Source of the DNA: a virus
Virus record (IMG/VR): IMGVR_UViG_3300027741_000001
Strand: one strand, 5' to 3'
DNA length: 64,000 bases
Position numbers and translations under genes: made by a program. The notes beneath the pieces were generated by a model that saw only the letters and a list, made by a program, of their open reading frames with translations, ran no database searches and was not told the origin of the DNA. Position 1 is the stretch's first letter, and the number at the start of each line of letters is the position of its first letter. This document shows, piece after piece, positions 43,076 through 53,477 of this stretch.

Positions 43076-45118
43076 CTATTTATCTTTTAGGTTTTCAGTA
43101 ATTAACTTGACCTCACAGGCATCTGTAGTGCAGTAGGCATCGCCAATAGCTTCCAGACCCATGCCCTGATATATACCGTCAAGAGAGATAGGGAATAGCT
43201 TTTCAGTTGCAGCTAGGTACTCTTCTTCGGTAATCTGGGTGTAAGGCATCTGAGGGTAGGTCATGTTGCCTGAAGGCAAGAATGACACAGTCTTTAGCTG
43301 ACCGTCGTACATGTGGAGTACAGACTCAACGTGCTTAGCTTCTGTCTCAGGGTCAAACGAGATAGTTACAGATACAGAGTTATCTGACCAGTAACGCTGA
43401 GCAGTTGCGGCTAATGCCATCTTCTCAAAGATAGTTACATCGCGTTCTGCACGTTCCGCCTCTGACTTGATCGGGAAGTAGACAACAGTCGTGTGATCTG
43501 GATTAGATACGTCCGGCTCAACTGTGTAGTTAGCCATCTTGAACAACGCCAACATAGGATCATCATTTCCAAAACGGATTGCACGGTTGAAGAATTTACC
43601 ACCCGGAGTCCAGTGGACACCCGGGCTCTCACCAGCAAGAATTGACACGGTACCTGATGGCTTGACAGTTGTGGTCTTGATTGACTCACGAATACCTAAC
43701 CACTCCGAGTATGTAATGTCATACTTCTTGACTACCGCATAGCCCTCGTCCATCCAAGTACGTAGTTCTGGAAGACCCTTGCGGTCAGCAAAGTTAGCAA
43801 TACCAGACATCGAGGTTCCGATACGACGGTTTCTCTGCATGATTGCGTTTGTCTCTTCCCAGTGAGTAGGTAGAAGAGTTACAGTCTTAGCGTATAGGTA
43901 GGCAAACTTCAAAGTACGAAGGTAGTCTTCCTTACTCTCGTGACGGTTTAGGTAGGTCTCAACAAGAGTACACATTTCGTAGCTCTCCAAAGACTGTTCA
44001 GCACAAGGGTTGTAGCCCATGATCCGATGGTCCTTGTTGTTGATTGGATCACCTAGACGACCGTACGCCTTAGATACATCTTCCCAAATAACTCCAGGCT
44101 CACCATTAAGGATGATTCCATCAATAATCTTTGAGAAGTCAGTTCCAACGTTTACCATAACTGAGTTGTTAGACATCCAACCCCAACCAGGGTTTTCAGA
44201 GTCGTAAGAGTTACGAGCAGGAAACTTCTCAACGTTCTTTAGGTTTAGGAAGTTGTCGTCGTCAATACGGCCGATCAAAAGCTCAGCTGAACGGCGAACG
44301 TTACCTGACACAACACAGCGACCAATGAGGTTACCGATATCAGCAATATCAACTGTAGTTAGAAGCTCACCGGCACGACCGTTAAAGATCCCACGGATCT
44401 TTTCATGCAGTGCAATCAACGGATCTGGACCAGATGCTGTACCACCAAAGGTAGCAATAGGAGCACCGTACAGACGGATCTCGCTATAGTCAAACTCTAC
44501 ACTTGATTGCTCAGGCTTTAGGTATGAGTTGATCAAAGCAACAGTGCTCTCCTGCCAACCTTCACGGGTATCCGGAATAACATAAGCACCCTGAGCCTCA
44601 CCGGGAGTGTAGATCTCAAAGTTTTTATCAGCACCCTTGTCATCAAAGCCAACACCCACCCCTAGCATCGATGCTTCCATAAGGAAAGCAAATGGCTTAC
44701 CTGGGTTTGCTTTGGTCATTTCCAAAGTAGATACAAAAGCACAGTTCTGCAGAGCAGCCGAGTTCTTTTGAACGTTTACGATGTTAGTTCCCATGACCCA
44801 AAGGCCACGACCTGGAGGAGACCACTTGAGACGGAATAAAGAGTCAAAAAACTCTTTAGCTGAGGCAGCAGCCTTAGCATCGGACCATGGCAAGCGGTTC
44901 TGCTTTGCATGATCCTTTTGGATCGAGTATGTACCATTAGTAACACGCTCACAAACTTCGGCCCAAGTTTCCTTAGTGCCATCTTCTTTTTTGCGAGAGT
45001 ACGTACGCAAGAATGTAATTTCGCCTACAGAGTTGCCAGCAGCATCTTTGTAACCGAAAGGGGATTCTTTTTGCTTGTACTCCGCTACGAACTCTTCATT
45101 TAATTTAAATGAGAACAT
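43076..45118 (-). CDS. nrdJ: Class II (adenosylcobalamin-dependent) ribonucleotide reductase
   Basis: RTYSR, PPGRGLW, NCAF, GNVRRSA, NPCAEQ, CTLVE, TVKPSGT, C-terminal CTTDAC. Confidence 0.95.
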   Translation of the reverse strand: MFSFKLNEEFVAEYKQKESPFGYKDAAGNSVGEITFLRTYSRKKEDGTKETWAEVCERVTNGTYSIQKDHAKQNRLPWSDAKAAASAKEFFDSLFRLKWSPPGRGLWVMGTNIVNVQKNSAALQNCAFVSTLEMTKANPGKPFAFLMEASMLGVGVGFDDKGADKNFEIYTPGEAQGAYVIPDTREGWQESTVALINSYLKPEQSSVEFDYSEIRLYGAPIATFGGTASGPDPLIALHEKIRGIFNGRAGELLTTVDIADIGNLIGRCVVSGNVRRSAELLIGRIDDDNFLNLKNVEKFPARNSYDSENPGWGWMSNNSVMVNVGTDFSKIIDGIILNGEPGVIWEDVSKAYGRLGDPINNKDHRIMGYNPCAEQSLESYEMCTLVETYLNRHESKEDYLRTLKFAYLYAKTVTLLPTHWEETNAIMQRNRRIGTSMSGIANFADRKGLPELRTWMDEGYAVVKKYDITYSEWLGIRESIKTTTVKPSGTVSILAGESPGVHWTPGGKFFNRAIRFGNDDPMLALFKMANYTVEPDVSNPDHTTVVYFPIKSEAERAERDVTIFEKMALAATAQRYWSDNSVSVTISFDPETEAKHVESVLHMYDGQLKTVSFLPSGNMTYPQMPYTQITEEEYLAATEKLFPISLDGIYQGMGLEAIGDAYCTTDACEVKLITENLKDK

Positions 45119-45192
45119 ATGTAGTTATACCTTCTTCTAGGGGGGAGTATTTGATGTTTTACTAGTATACCCCATAAATAAAAAAGGGAGTA

Positions 45193-45420
45193 TTAGTCGT
45201 GATTTAAATATAGTGCGTCTACGATTTGTTTGCAAATCGGACATACCCTCAGTTTTAAAGGGTCTCTGTGAGGCACAAACTCTATTCCGCATAGAGCTAT
45301 TACGGTAGTTCCCATAACATACCCCTCTGTTACCTTGGCAGCTTCCGCATAATGTGCAAAATCTTCTGAATCATCTGTATCAGAAATATCAGTTCGTTCA
45401 AGCAGATTTGTACTAGACAT
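45193..45420 (-). CDS. DUF3039-like actinobacterial protein
   Basis: FAHY.....VTEGYVMGT.VIALCG..FVP.RDP....VCP.CK. Confidence 0.85.
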   Translation of the reverse strand: MSSTNLLERTDISDTDDSEDFAHYAEAAKVTEGYVMGTTVIALCGIEFVPHRDPLKLRVCPICKQIVDALYLNHD

Positions 45421-45517
45421 ATCTAATTATCTCCAAAATTTAAGGTAAGTAATAAATTAATAGTACCAGATTAAATAAGGTAAAATTATAGAATAACTCA
45501 CACTTTAAGGACTTCCA

Positions 45518-45880
45518 ATGAGCCAATACGGATCTTCCGACGTTTACAACATTACAGTCACACAAGGTGACACCCTATCTAGAGTCCTAACTTGGACTAC
45601 TAATGCAAAAGTTCCTTATAACCTTACTGGTTACACAGCAAAGATGCAAGTCAGATCTTCAGCCGATTCAACTACTGTAGTGCTTGAACTGAGCACTGTC
45701 AATGGGTATATAGTTTTAGGGGGCATAGCCGGGACAATAACTTTAACGGTTCCAGCAGCTAATATGTCAATAGTTAATGCCGGACAGTATGTTTATGATC
45801 TTGAGCTAATTTCTGGAGGAGGACAGAAGACTACCATTGTAGAGGGGAATTTTAAAGTAAAAGCTCAGGTGACTAGATAA
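45518..45880 (+). CDS. Virion/tail accessory protein (Ig-like fold)
   Basis: QGDT...NLTGYTAKMQVR...YVYDLEL...IVEG.F.V..QVTR. Confidence 0.75.
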   Translation: MSQYGSSDVYNITVTQGDTLSRVLTWTTNAKVPYNLTGYTAKMQVRSSADSTTVVLELSTVNGYIVLGGIAGTITLTVPAANMSIVNAGQYVYDLELISGGGQKTTIVEGNFKVKAQVTR

Positions 45881-46641
45881 TGTCTCCAATATATGAAGAT
45901 CTCCCAAATAAAGTAATAATCAGCTCTTCAGATGTAAATAACATAATTATTCAAGATGAAGAAAATAAAGTAATTGTTTCCACTGTCGGATCGCAAGGTG
46001 CTACTGGATTACAAGGTATTCAGGGTGTACAAGGTACACAAGGAACCCAAGGACTACAAGGTTTTGGATATGCCCAACTTCAGGGTACTCAGGGTACTCA
46101 GGGTACTCAAGGTGTAACCGGATTACAAGGTATACAAGGTATACAAGGTATACAAGGTATTCAGGGTGTACAGGGTACACAAGGAATTCAAGGATCAACA
46201 GGGATTCAAGGAATTACTGGTACACAAGGTACTCAGGGCATTCAAGGAACGCAAGGTACTCAGGGTACTCAGGGTACTCAGGGTACTCAGGGTACTCAAG
46301 GATTACAAGGTTTACAAGGGTTACAAGGTATACAGGGGCTATTAAACAAATACACTGTATCGGAAACTGCTCCTACTATTGGAGTACAGAGTGGAGACCT
46401 TTGGTTCCGTTCCTCAACTGCACAGCTCTATATCTATTATGATAGCTATTGGATAGAAACATCTTCAAGCTATGTAGGTCCAACAGGTGTTATCACAGCA
46501 ACTGCTCCAATTACATATAATTCTGGAACTCAAACAGTCGGAATTGATCAAGCATCACTATCTATTTCTACAGCAACACAAAATGCTCTTAATCTAAAAG
46601 CGGATACAAATCTAGCAATTGCATATGCACTTGCACTATAA
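45880..46641 (+). CDS. Collagen-like (G-X-Q) fibre protein
   Basis: Long Gly-X-Gln run; APT...GDLWF...LYIYYDSYW domain. Confidence 0.85.
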   Translation: MSPIYEDLPNKVIISSSDVNNIIIQDEENKVIVSTVGSQGATGLQGIQGVQGTQGTQGLQGFGYAQLQGTQGTQGTQGVTGLQGIQGIQGIQGIQGVQGTQGIQGSTGIQGITGTQGTQGIQGTQGTQGTQGTQGTQGTQGLQGLQGLQGIQGLLNKYTVSETAPTIGVQSGDLWFRSSTAQLYIYYDSYWIETSSSYVGPTGVITATAPITYNSGTQTVGIDQASLSISTATQNALNLKADTNLAIAYALAL

Positions 46642-46650
46642 GGAAAAATA

Positions 46651-49212
46651 ATGAAGCAAATTATACAAACATATACATTTTCAGCATCAGCTAAAACAGT
46701 AACTTTTACTGAACTTGATTCAATTGCTCTTGAGCGTATTCTTCTTATTACAAATACAACTAGAAACATAATTATCTATAACTTTGCTGACCCAACTAAG
46801 GGCGGAACAATTGAAACAAATGTGCTGACTTTAGCAACAAGCACAGCTGGTATGGCAGATACAGATAAGCTAAATATTGTTTATGATGAAGCACCTAGGG
46901 ATATAACATATGAACGAAATGTTGTTGGGACACAGAGGAGCTTCTTCAAAGATGGAATTAATACTTCTATTGCACAACCAGATTCATCTATTTGGGATAT
47001 GACTCGTGATAGTAGTACCCACATTGTTAATACCGGTGGAGGAAGCAACGGCTCTGCGTATATTCGTATATCGTTAGACCCGTTTCTACAAGATAGTGGT
47101 GTAACCCTAACTGCTAAAAAACAATTTACCATGCCAGTTAGAGCATCATTTGGTGTATCTTCATCAATACGCTCAAGTCAAACAGAAACATTTTTTGGCA
47201 TGGTCGGCTGTGATGTAAATGGAACAATTGCATATAACTCAACAGTATCTGATCAGACTTTAGCTGCTCAAACAGTAACAATTGCATCCAACATTGCTAC
47301 ATTTACACTAGTAAATCATGGTTTTGTTGCCGGTGATGTAATATCTATTTTTAATATTACAGCTTCTTCAGGAACACCAACATTCTTAAACATTCCGGTA
47401 GCTGTAGTTACTATTGGTAGCAAGGATACATTTACAGTTGGAACTGGTATTGGTACAGCATCCGTACCTATCACTGGTGGAACAGTAAGACTTTTAGACC
47501 CACTTTACTACGCTAAAAATGGTGTTGGCTTTAACTTCAACTCAGCAACAGCAACTTCTTCAAACATTATTGGTAGAAGAGACGGAGTTAAGTCAAGAAG
47601 ACTATCTGCTCAGACAGTCGGAACTATTACTTCTGCTCAGACACTCACTGATTCTTTTTCTGATGCATGGGACTCAACAACTAATTATGAATTGGTTCTA
47701 ACTAATGATGAAACAACTTTTAGAAGTTATCCTGCTGCTTCTACTGCTGGAGTCAGCAGCACGCATAAATTAACTCAACAAACTCCAGATGATTCTATCT
47801 ACTATAAGCCTTACATTAGAGCTAGAAATCTCCCATCAATGTCTAAGCCATTTGCTAGAATTACTTCAATTTCAAAATCTGGAACTACTACAGCAACTAT
47901 TACTTTTGATGCCGCACATGGGCTATTACAAAATGACACATTCGGTATATATGGTGTTTTGAATGGAACTGATTTTCCATCAGCATCAACTTATGCTGTT
48001 GCTTCTGTAACTAGTTCTACAGTGATTACGGCAGTCATTGGCACAACAACTCCAACAACTACATCTACTGGTGGTTTTGGTTATGTAATAAATAACAATG
48101 CTACTAACAGTTCGCCAATAGTAAACTCTATTCAATCAATTACTAGAACAAGCAATGTTCTTTCTGTTGTTGGTGTGAATACTTGGTCTGGAGTATCAGT
48201 TGGAGATTATGTAAATCTTTATGGAATGACTGGAACTGGTGCATCAGCTTATGAGGGTGCATATAAGGTTCTTCGATTAAATACAACTACCCTTGAACTT
48301 CAGTCAACGGGATCAGATTTTACAATTATTGCTACTGGTGGTGGTGTTTTAAGAAGAACTGATGTGAGAATTCACTTTGTAAGAGTGACTGACTTTACTA
48401 AAAATATTACTGAAATCTATGGTGGCAAGGGAAGCACAGTTGATGCTAATAACGCTGTTTCAGTCGTGGTAGCTTCTAGTATTACTCAATCTAGCGGAAG
48501 CAATGCAACTACATGGTCAGCTGCTGGATGGGGTGGCTTCCTTGTAAATGATGTTACATCAGCAGCTATTACTACTACTACTAATTCATCTACTATTACG
48601 CCTGGTTCTCTAAATAACGTTGGAACCTATGCGCATTCATTTAGCGTATCTGTTACTGCAGTATCTGGAACAACTCCAACTATGGATGTAGGTGTAGAAG
48701 AATCCCCTGATGCTGGAACAACATGGGTTCGTATATATGATTTCCCACGCATTACTGCAACTGGTGTCTATTACTCACCTCAAATTCTTGCTACTTGGGG
48801 AACTAGATATAGATATGTAAGAACTGTATCTGGAACTACACCTTCATTCACACACGCAATCAACCGCATCCAGTTTTCCACTAACCCTCAATTTTTTCGT
48901 GAATTTCACGATAGAACAATTATCCCAACAACACTAAGTTCAACTACACCAACATATTTTGTAGATGGTTGTTTTAATATTTCGCTTGTAGTTTATGCCG
49001 GAACAGTCACCACAACTGCCGCTGGTTACCAGTTGGAAGGTTCTGAAAACAACACTGATTGGTACTCAATTGGCTCTGCTGTAACTCCCGCTTCAACAGT
49101 CACTTCTGTGACTTTCAACGCCAATACAACGCCAAAGTTTATTCGCGTAAGAATATCCTCCGCAGGTGTAGCAATCACTGGTCACTATGTTGTAATTAAG
49201 GCTCTAGGTTAA
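46651..49212 (+). CDS. Large Thr/Ser-rich virion fibre or receptor-binding protein
   Basis: YTF....KTVTF...[20 protein letters not shown]-terminal module; repeated beta-rich domains. Confidence 0.75.
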   Translation: MKQIIQTYTFSASAKTVTFTELDSIALERILLITNTTRNIIIYNFADPTKGGTIETNVLTLATSTAGMADTDKLNIVYDEAPRDITYERNVVGTQRSFFKDGINTSIAQPDSSIWDMTRDSSTHIVNTGGGSNGSAYIRISLDPFLQDSGVTLTAKKQFTMPVRASFGVSSSIRSSQTETFFGMVGCDVNGTIAYNSTVSDQTLAAQTVTIASNIATFTLVNHGFVAGDVISIFNITASSGTPTFLNIPVAVVTIGSKDTFTVGTGIGTASVPITGGTVRLLDPLYYAKNGVGFNFNSATATSSNIIGRRDGVKSRRLSAQTVGTITSAQTLTDSFSDAWDSTTNYELVLTNDETTFRSYPAASTAGVSSTHKLTQQTPDDSIYYKPYIRARNLPSMSKPFARITSISKSGTTTATITFDAAHGLLQNDTFGIYGVLNGTDFPSASTYAVASVTSSTVITAVIGTTTPTTTSTGGFGYVINNNATNSSPIVNSIQSITRTSNVLSVVGVNTWSGVSVGDYVNLYGMTGTGASAYEGAYKVLRLNTTTLELQSTGSDFTIIATGGGVLRRTDVRIHFVRVTDFTKNITEIYGGKGSTVDANNAVSVVVASSITQSSGSNATTWSAAGWGGFLVNDVTSAAITTTTNSSTITPGSLNNVGTYAHSFSVSVTAVSGTTPTMDVGVEESPDAGTTWVRIYDFPRITATGVYYSPQILATWGTRYRYVRTVSGTTPSFTHAINRIQFSTNPQFFREFHDRTIIPTTLSSTTPTYFVDGCFNISLVVYAGTVTTTAAGYQLEGSENNTDWYSIGSAVTPASTVTSVTFNANTTPKFIRVRISSAGVAITGHYVVIKALG

Positions 49213-49217
49213 ACAAG

Positions 49218-50018
49218 ATGACAGCAATTGATTTTCCAAACTCCCCATCCGTAAATGAAACATTTACGGTAGGCGATCGTACCTGGAAATGGACAGGGTC
49301 TACTTGGGATATTGTTGTTACAACTCGAGTCACTGGTGCACAAGGTACAATTGGTGCTCAAGGCACACAAGGCACACAGGGACTAACTGGAATTCAAGGT
49401 ACTCAAGGTACTCAAGGTGTTCAGGGTCTACAAGGTACTACAGGTACTCAAGGTGCCACTGGCTTACAAGGTACTACAGGTACTCAAGGTACTCAAGGTG
49501 TACAAGGTACTACAGGTACTCAAGGTGCCACTGGCTTACAAGGTACTACAGGTACTCAAGGTACTCAAGGTGTTCAGGGTCTACAAGGTACTACAGGTAC
49601 TCAAGGTGTTCAGGGTCTACAAGGTACTACAGGTACTCAAGGTGTTCAGGGTCTACAAGGTACTACAGGTACTCAAGGTGTTCAGGGTCTACAAGGTACT
49701 ACAGGTACTCAAGGTGTTCAGGGTCTACAAGGTACTACAGGTACTCAAGGTGTTCAGGGTCTACAAGGTACTACAGGTACTCAAGGTGTTCAGGGAACTC
49801 AGGGTCTATCTGTCCAAGGAACCCAAGGCCTACAAGGTTTTGGCTATGCTCAGTTGCAGGGTACTCAAGGTATACAAGGTATACAAGGTATACAAGGTAT
49901 ACAAGGTATACAAGGTATACAGAGCACTCAAGGTATTCAAGGCTTACAAGGTGATTCTGGTACCCAAGGAACCAATGGATTTACCGATTATCAAACATAT
50001 ACATTCATTTATAGATAG
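49218..50018 (+). CDS. Collagen-like fibre protein
   Basis: AIDFPNSP...[10 protein letters not shown]-terminus then G-X-Q/T repeats. Confidence 0.85.
   Translation: MTAIDFPNSPSVNETFTVGDRTWKWTGSTWDIVVTTRVTGAQGTIGAQGTQGTQGLTGIQGTQGTQGVQGLQGTTGTQGATGLQGTTGTQGTQGVQGTTGTQGATGLQGTTGTQGTQGVQGLQGTTGTQGVQGLQGTTGTQGVQGLQGTTGTQGVQGLQGTTGTQGVQGLQGTTGTQGVQGLQGTTGTQGVQGTQGLSVQGTQGLQGFGYAQLQGTQGIQGIQGIQGIQGIQGIQSTQGIQGLQGDSGTQGTNGFTDYQTYTFIYR
49569..49784 (+). repeat. Six perfect 36-bp tandem repeats ([12 protein letters not shown])
   Basis: GGTGTTCAGGGTCTACAAGGTACTACAGGTACTCAA x6, in frame. Confidence 0.9.
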
Positions 50019-50026
50019 GAAACAAA

Positions 50027-50407
50027 ATGGCAGCAACCCCTCAATTTGCAGCAACAGTTAGAACAGGTGCAGTATCCATTGGTACTGCAGATACTAGCCG
50101 TACAGCACCTACTAACGTAGGTACTTTATTTAGTGCAGGTTCTAATCATTCTAGGGTAGACGAAATAGATATTGTTGCAACAGGTACTACTACCGCAGGT
50201 GTAGTGCGTATTTTTGTTTACAATGGATCAACCTATTACTTGCTTAGAGAAGTTCTTGTTTCTGCAATTACACCTTCAACAACCGTAGCGGTATTTAGCA
50301 ACACAATTATTTTTAGCAACCTAGTAATTCCTTCAGGTTATTCAATCCGTGTAACAACTAACAACGCAGAAACATTTCATGTAACAGCATTTGGTGGAGA
50401 CTTTTAA
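50027..50407 (+). CDS. Virion structural/fibre-associated protein
   Basis: Beta-rich, in fibre operon. Confidence 0.65.
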   Translation: MAATPQFAATVRTGAVSIGTADTSRTAPTNVGTLFSAGSNHSRVDEIDIVATGTTTAGVVRIFVYNGSTYYLLREVLVSAITPSTTVAVFSNTIIFSNLVIPSGYSIRVTTNNAETFHVTAFGGDF

Positions 50408-50409
50408 AA

Positions 50410-51276
50410 ATGAATAAAGGTGCCTTACACGGTTATGGATTTAGCCCTACAGATGTAAGCCTTCAGCGTGTCATAACCTCTACAACCAGTTCTATAGGTA
50501 TTCCAGCAGATGTAAAATTTGTGTACGCTGTTGTAGTTGGCGGCGGTGGAGCAGGTGGCGGTAACTCTGCTACACAAGGTGGCTCTGGTGGTGGCGGAGC
50601 AGGGGCCGTAATCCAAGGTTGGACTTTAGCCGTAAACTCCGCTGTAATTGGTACTGGAGGAACTGCTACTTCAGCAGCAAAAGGCGGTACTGGTGGAACA
50701 ACTACTTACAGTATTTTCACAGCACAAGGTGGTTCTGGAGGTGGCTATCCAGCTTCCACAGCAGGAGTGGCAGGAACAAATGGTGCTGGAGCAGGTGCCC
50801 CTGGAGCAAGCACGACTACTGCTGGAGCAGCAACTGCTGGAGCTTTTCTTGGCTACAACTACGGCGGTGGAGGTGGAGTAGCAGCAATTTCTGCTGGAAC
50901 TCCAGGTAACGGAGAAACAGGAGCATCAGGTGGAGGAGGCGGTCCAGTTACCGCAACCGCATCTGCCGCATTAGTCGGTGGAGCAGGAGGCTCTGGACTT
51001 GCTGGAGGTGGCGGAGGTGGAGCATACAACTCTACAAGTTCTACACTTACTGGAGGTGCTGGTGGTAACGGAATTTATCCAGGCGGTGCTGGAAGAGTTG
51101 TAACTGGTACAGGTGCTTCTGGAGGTGGGGGCGGCGGAGTTTATGGACCTGGAGTTTCACCAACTACAACTACAGGTGGTGCAGGAGGCATCGGTGGCGG
51201 TGGTGGCGGTGGAGTAGGAACTACTTCAACTGCTGGAGGAGCTGGAGGACAAGGTATCGTTCTCCTGTATTGGTAG
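50410..51276 (+). CDS. Glycine-rich fibre protein, paralog 1
   Basis: LQRVI...IP..V..VYAVVVGGGG...GGQG.VLLYW. Confidence 0.8.
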   Translation: MNKGALHGYGFSPTDVSLQRVITSTTSSIGIPADVKFVYAVVVGGGGAGGGNSATQGGSGGGGAGAVIQGWTLAVNSAVIGTGGTATSAAKGGTGGTTTYSIFTAQGGSGGGYPASTAGVAGTNGAGAGAPGASTTTAGAATAGAFLGYNYGGGGGVAAISAGTPGNGETGASGGGGGPVTATASAALVGGAGGSGLAGGGGGGAYNSTSSTLTGGAGGNGIYPGGAGRVVTGTGASGGGGGGVYGPGVSPTTTTGGAGGIGGGGGGGVGTTSTAGGAGGQGIVLLYW

Positions 51277-51282
51277 GTAATT

Positions 51283-52443
51283 ATGAATAAAGGCACATTA
51301 AATGGATTTAATAAATCCACAAATGATTTAAAACTCCAGCGTGTAATTTTAAATACAGGATATGTCGACATCCCATCAAACATTAACATCGTCTACGCAG
51401 TTGTTGTAGGTGGTGGAGGCGGCGGCGGCGGTATGGCTACTACCAACCTTGTAAGCGGCGGTGGAGGTGGCGGTGGATCAGTTATTCAAGGTTGGACTAT
51501 TCCATTATCATATGCAGTAATCGGTGCTGGAGGAGCAGGTCAGGCTGCTAGAGGTAGTAGCGGTGGAGCCACAATATACGCAAATTTTTATGCTTCAGGT
51601 GGTGGTGGAGGGGCTGGAAGCGGTACTTACACAGGTATTGCTGGTAATGGTTCTGGTTCTGGAGGCTCTTCTAGTGGGGTGGCTACTCAAGGTGCTTCTA
51701 TTACTGCAACATCGATGGGCATCACTTTAGGCGGTGCTGGCGGAGCGGGGAATGCAGGTAACATAAGTTCTATCTACGAGGGCTATAGTGGAGAGGCTGG
51801 CTCAGGTGGTGGCGGTGGAGGTGGAATCTACACTAATGATCAAACAGATATTGTAGGCGGAACTGGAGGATTTGGACTTACTGGCGGGGGTGGTGGTTCT
51901 TGTTACTCAACAGGTGTGGCAGCAGTTCAAGGCGGTAACGGTGGAGACGGAATCTACCCTGGAGGTTTAGGACTTCCTTATGTTTACGGAGATTTAATTA
52001 TGGTTGCTGGGGGTGGAGGTGGAGGTGGAGTTGTCGGACCTGGAGGTTCTCCAAAAGATTTACAAAACCTAAGTTCAACAACTTCATTATCAATTCCATC
52101 TACCGCATCGGCTAGAACATTTTATGTAAGCGACACTAAAGGATTTGTAACTAACTGTGCAGTTAAAATTAGCGTAGTTGGTGACCCTTTTAGTTATGTC
52201 GCAGGTCGGGCTACGGTAATTACTAATACTTATGTAAGCATTTCATCTTCAAACATGACTGACTTTAGCGGTCTTGGAACCTATAACAACTGGGTTATTG
52301 AGTATGATCCTTATGGTGACGGAGGTGTTAGCAAAAACGCTGGCGGTGTCGGAGGAATCGGTGGAGGCGGAGGTGGAGCTGGTAGCGGAACTAGCACTCC
52401 GGGGGGAAATGGAGGTCAAGGTGCAGTTCTGCTGTACTGGTAA
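51283..52443 (+). CDS. Glycine-rich fibre protein, paralog 2 (with inserted domain)
   Basis: Same termini as paralog 1; about 90-aa non-Gly insert near the C-terminus. Confidence 0.8.
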   Translation: MNKGTLNGFNKSTNDLKLQRVILNTGYVDIPSNINIVYAVVVGGGGGGGGMATTNLVSGGGGGGGSVIQGWTIPLSYAVIGAGGAGQAARGSSGGATIYANFYASGGGGGAGSGTYTGIAGNGSGSGGSSSGVATQGASITATSMGITLGGAGGAGNAGNISSIYEGYSGEAGSGGGGGGGIYTNDQTDIVGGTGGFGLTGGGGGSCYSTGVAAVQGGNGGDGIYPGGLGLPYVYGDLIMVAGGGGGGGVVGPGGSPKDLQNLSSTTSLSIPSTASARTFYVSDTKGFVTNCAVKISVVGDPFSYVAGRATVITNTYVSISSSNMTDFSGLGTYNNWVIEYDPYGDGGVSKNAGGVGGIGGGGGGAGSGTSTPGGNGGQGAVLLYW

Positions 52444-52448
52444 AAATT

Positions 52449-53285
52449 ATGATTGTTAATAAAAAATTTGGATTTGTTCCTTCTGGATTAACTTTACAAA
52501 GAACAATACTTTCTACTGGTTATGTTGATATTCCATCCAACATCACTCAAGTTTTTGCGGTAGTGGTTGGAGGTGGCGGTGGGAGTTCTCTTACCATAAA
52601 TGGTTCCGCAGGGGGTGGCGGTGGTGGCGTGGCTTTTGGGTATGTAACTGCAAGAAACTACGCAATAGTAGGCGTTGGCGGAGCTCAAGACGAAGCAACA
52701 TCTGAAGGCTTAAGTGGCGGTAGAAGTTCTTATGGCGGTTTATCTGCTAATGGCGGAGGTGGCGGTGGCGGGCTAATTGCTGGAAAAGCAGTCACTGGTG
52801 CTGGAGGTGGAGGCGGTGGAGTAAGTGCTGCTGTTCCATCCCCTCCATCCTCTCCATCCCCACAAGCAGGTGGAGTGTCTACTGCCCTTTTTCTTTACAA
52901 AAGTGGTAGTGGTGGTGCAGGAGCATCAGGTAGCGAAGTAACCGCAACATCGGGGGGAAATGGCACTTCTGGCGGTGGAGGAGGTCTTGCTTACAGCAAT
53001 GCTGCTGGAGACACATCTACAATTACTGGCGGAAACGGTGGAAACGGACTTACTGGAGGCGGTGGCGGAGAGGCTACAAGTGATAGTTCTCTCACTACTC
53101 TTCTCGGCGGTGACGGCGGTAACGGAGTTTACCCAGGACAACCAAGAGATGTAATAACTGGTTTTCCTGGTTCTGGAGGAGGAATTTTAGGGTCAGGTGA
53201 CTCATTTGGAAGAGGCGGTCTTGGTGGGGGCGGTGGAGCAGGAGGCTCCGACGGAGGAGATGGTTGTATATTATTATTTTGGTAA
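52449..53285 (+). CDS. Glycine-rich fibre protein, paralog 3
   Basis: LQRTIL.TGYVDIPSNI..VFAVVVGGGG...GDGCILLFW. Confidence 0.8.
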   Translation: MIVNKKFGFVPSGLTLQRTILSTGYVDIPSNITQVFAVVVGGGGGSSLTINGSAGGGGGGVAFGYVTARNYAIVGVGGAQDEATSEGLSGGRSSYGGLSANGGGGGGGLIAGKAVTGAGGGGGGVSAAVPSPPSSPSPQAGGVSTALFLYKSGSGGAGASGSEVTATSGGNGTSGGGGGLAYSNAAGDTSTITGGNGGNGLTGGGGGEATSDSSLTTLLGGDGGNGVYPGQPRDVITGFPGSGGGILGSGDSFGRGGLGGGGGAGGSDGGDGCILLFW

Positions 53286-53294
53286 GGAGAAAAA

Positions 53295-53477
53295 ATGCCT
53301 AATTATGCAGTAGTAAATCCACAAGGTGGAGTAGTGTCAAACATTGTAGTTGGCAATGATTTAGAGTCGGTCAAAGAAGTAATCAGTGATGTCGTAGAGA
53401 TTACTGAAGAAACTGGTGTAGCTGGTATTGGCTACACATGGAACCCTGCAACTGGTACTTTTAGTTTTGAAGAGTAG
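53295..53477 (+). CDS. Small fibre-associated protein
   Basis: YAVV...VVSNIVV...AGIGYTW....F. Confidence 0.7.
   Translation: MPNYAVVNPQGGVVSNIVVGNDLESVKEVISDVVEITEETGVAGIGYTWNPATGTFSFEE

Noticed and set aside
49569-49784. 36-bp repeats as CRISPR
   Set aside because: Head-to-tail with no spacers and in frame in a collagen gene
49289-50061. Alternative-frame ORFs (YSR and VLKV repeats)
   Set aside because: Frame shadows of the collagen repeat
45880-53477. Diversity-generating retroelement acting on fibre genes
   Set aside because: No reverse transcriptase and no template/variable repeat pair differing at adenines seen in the window
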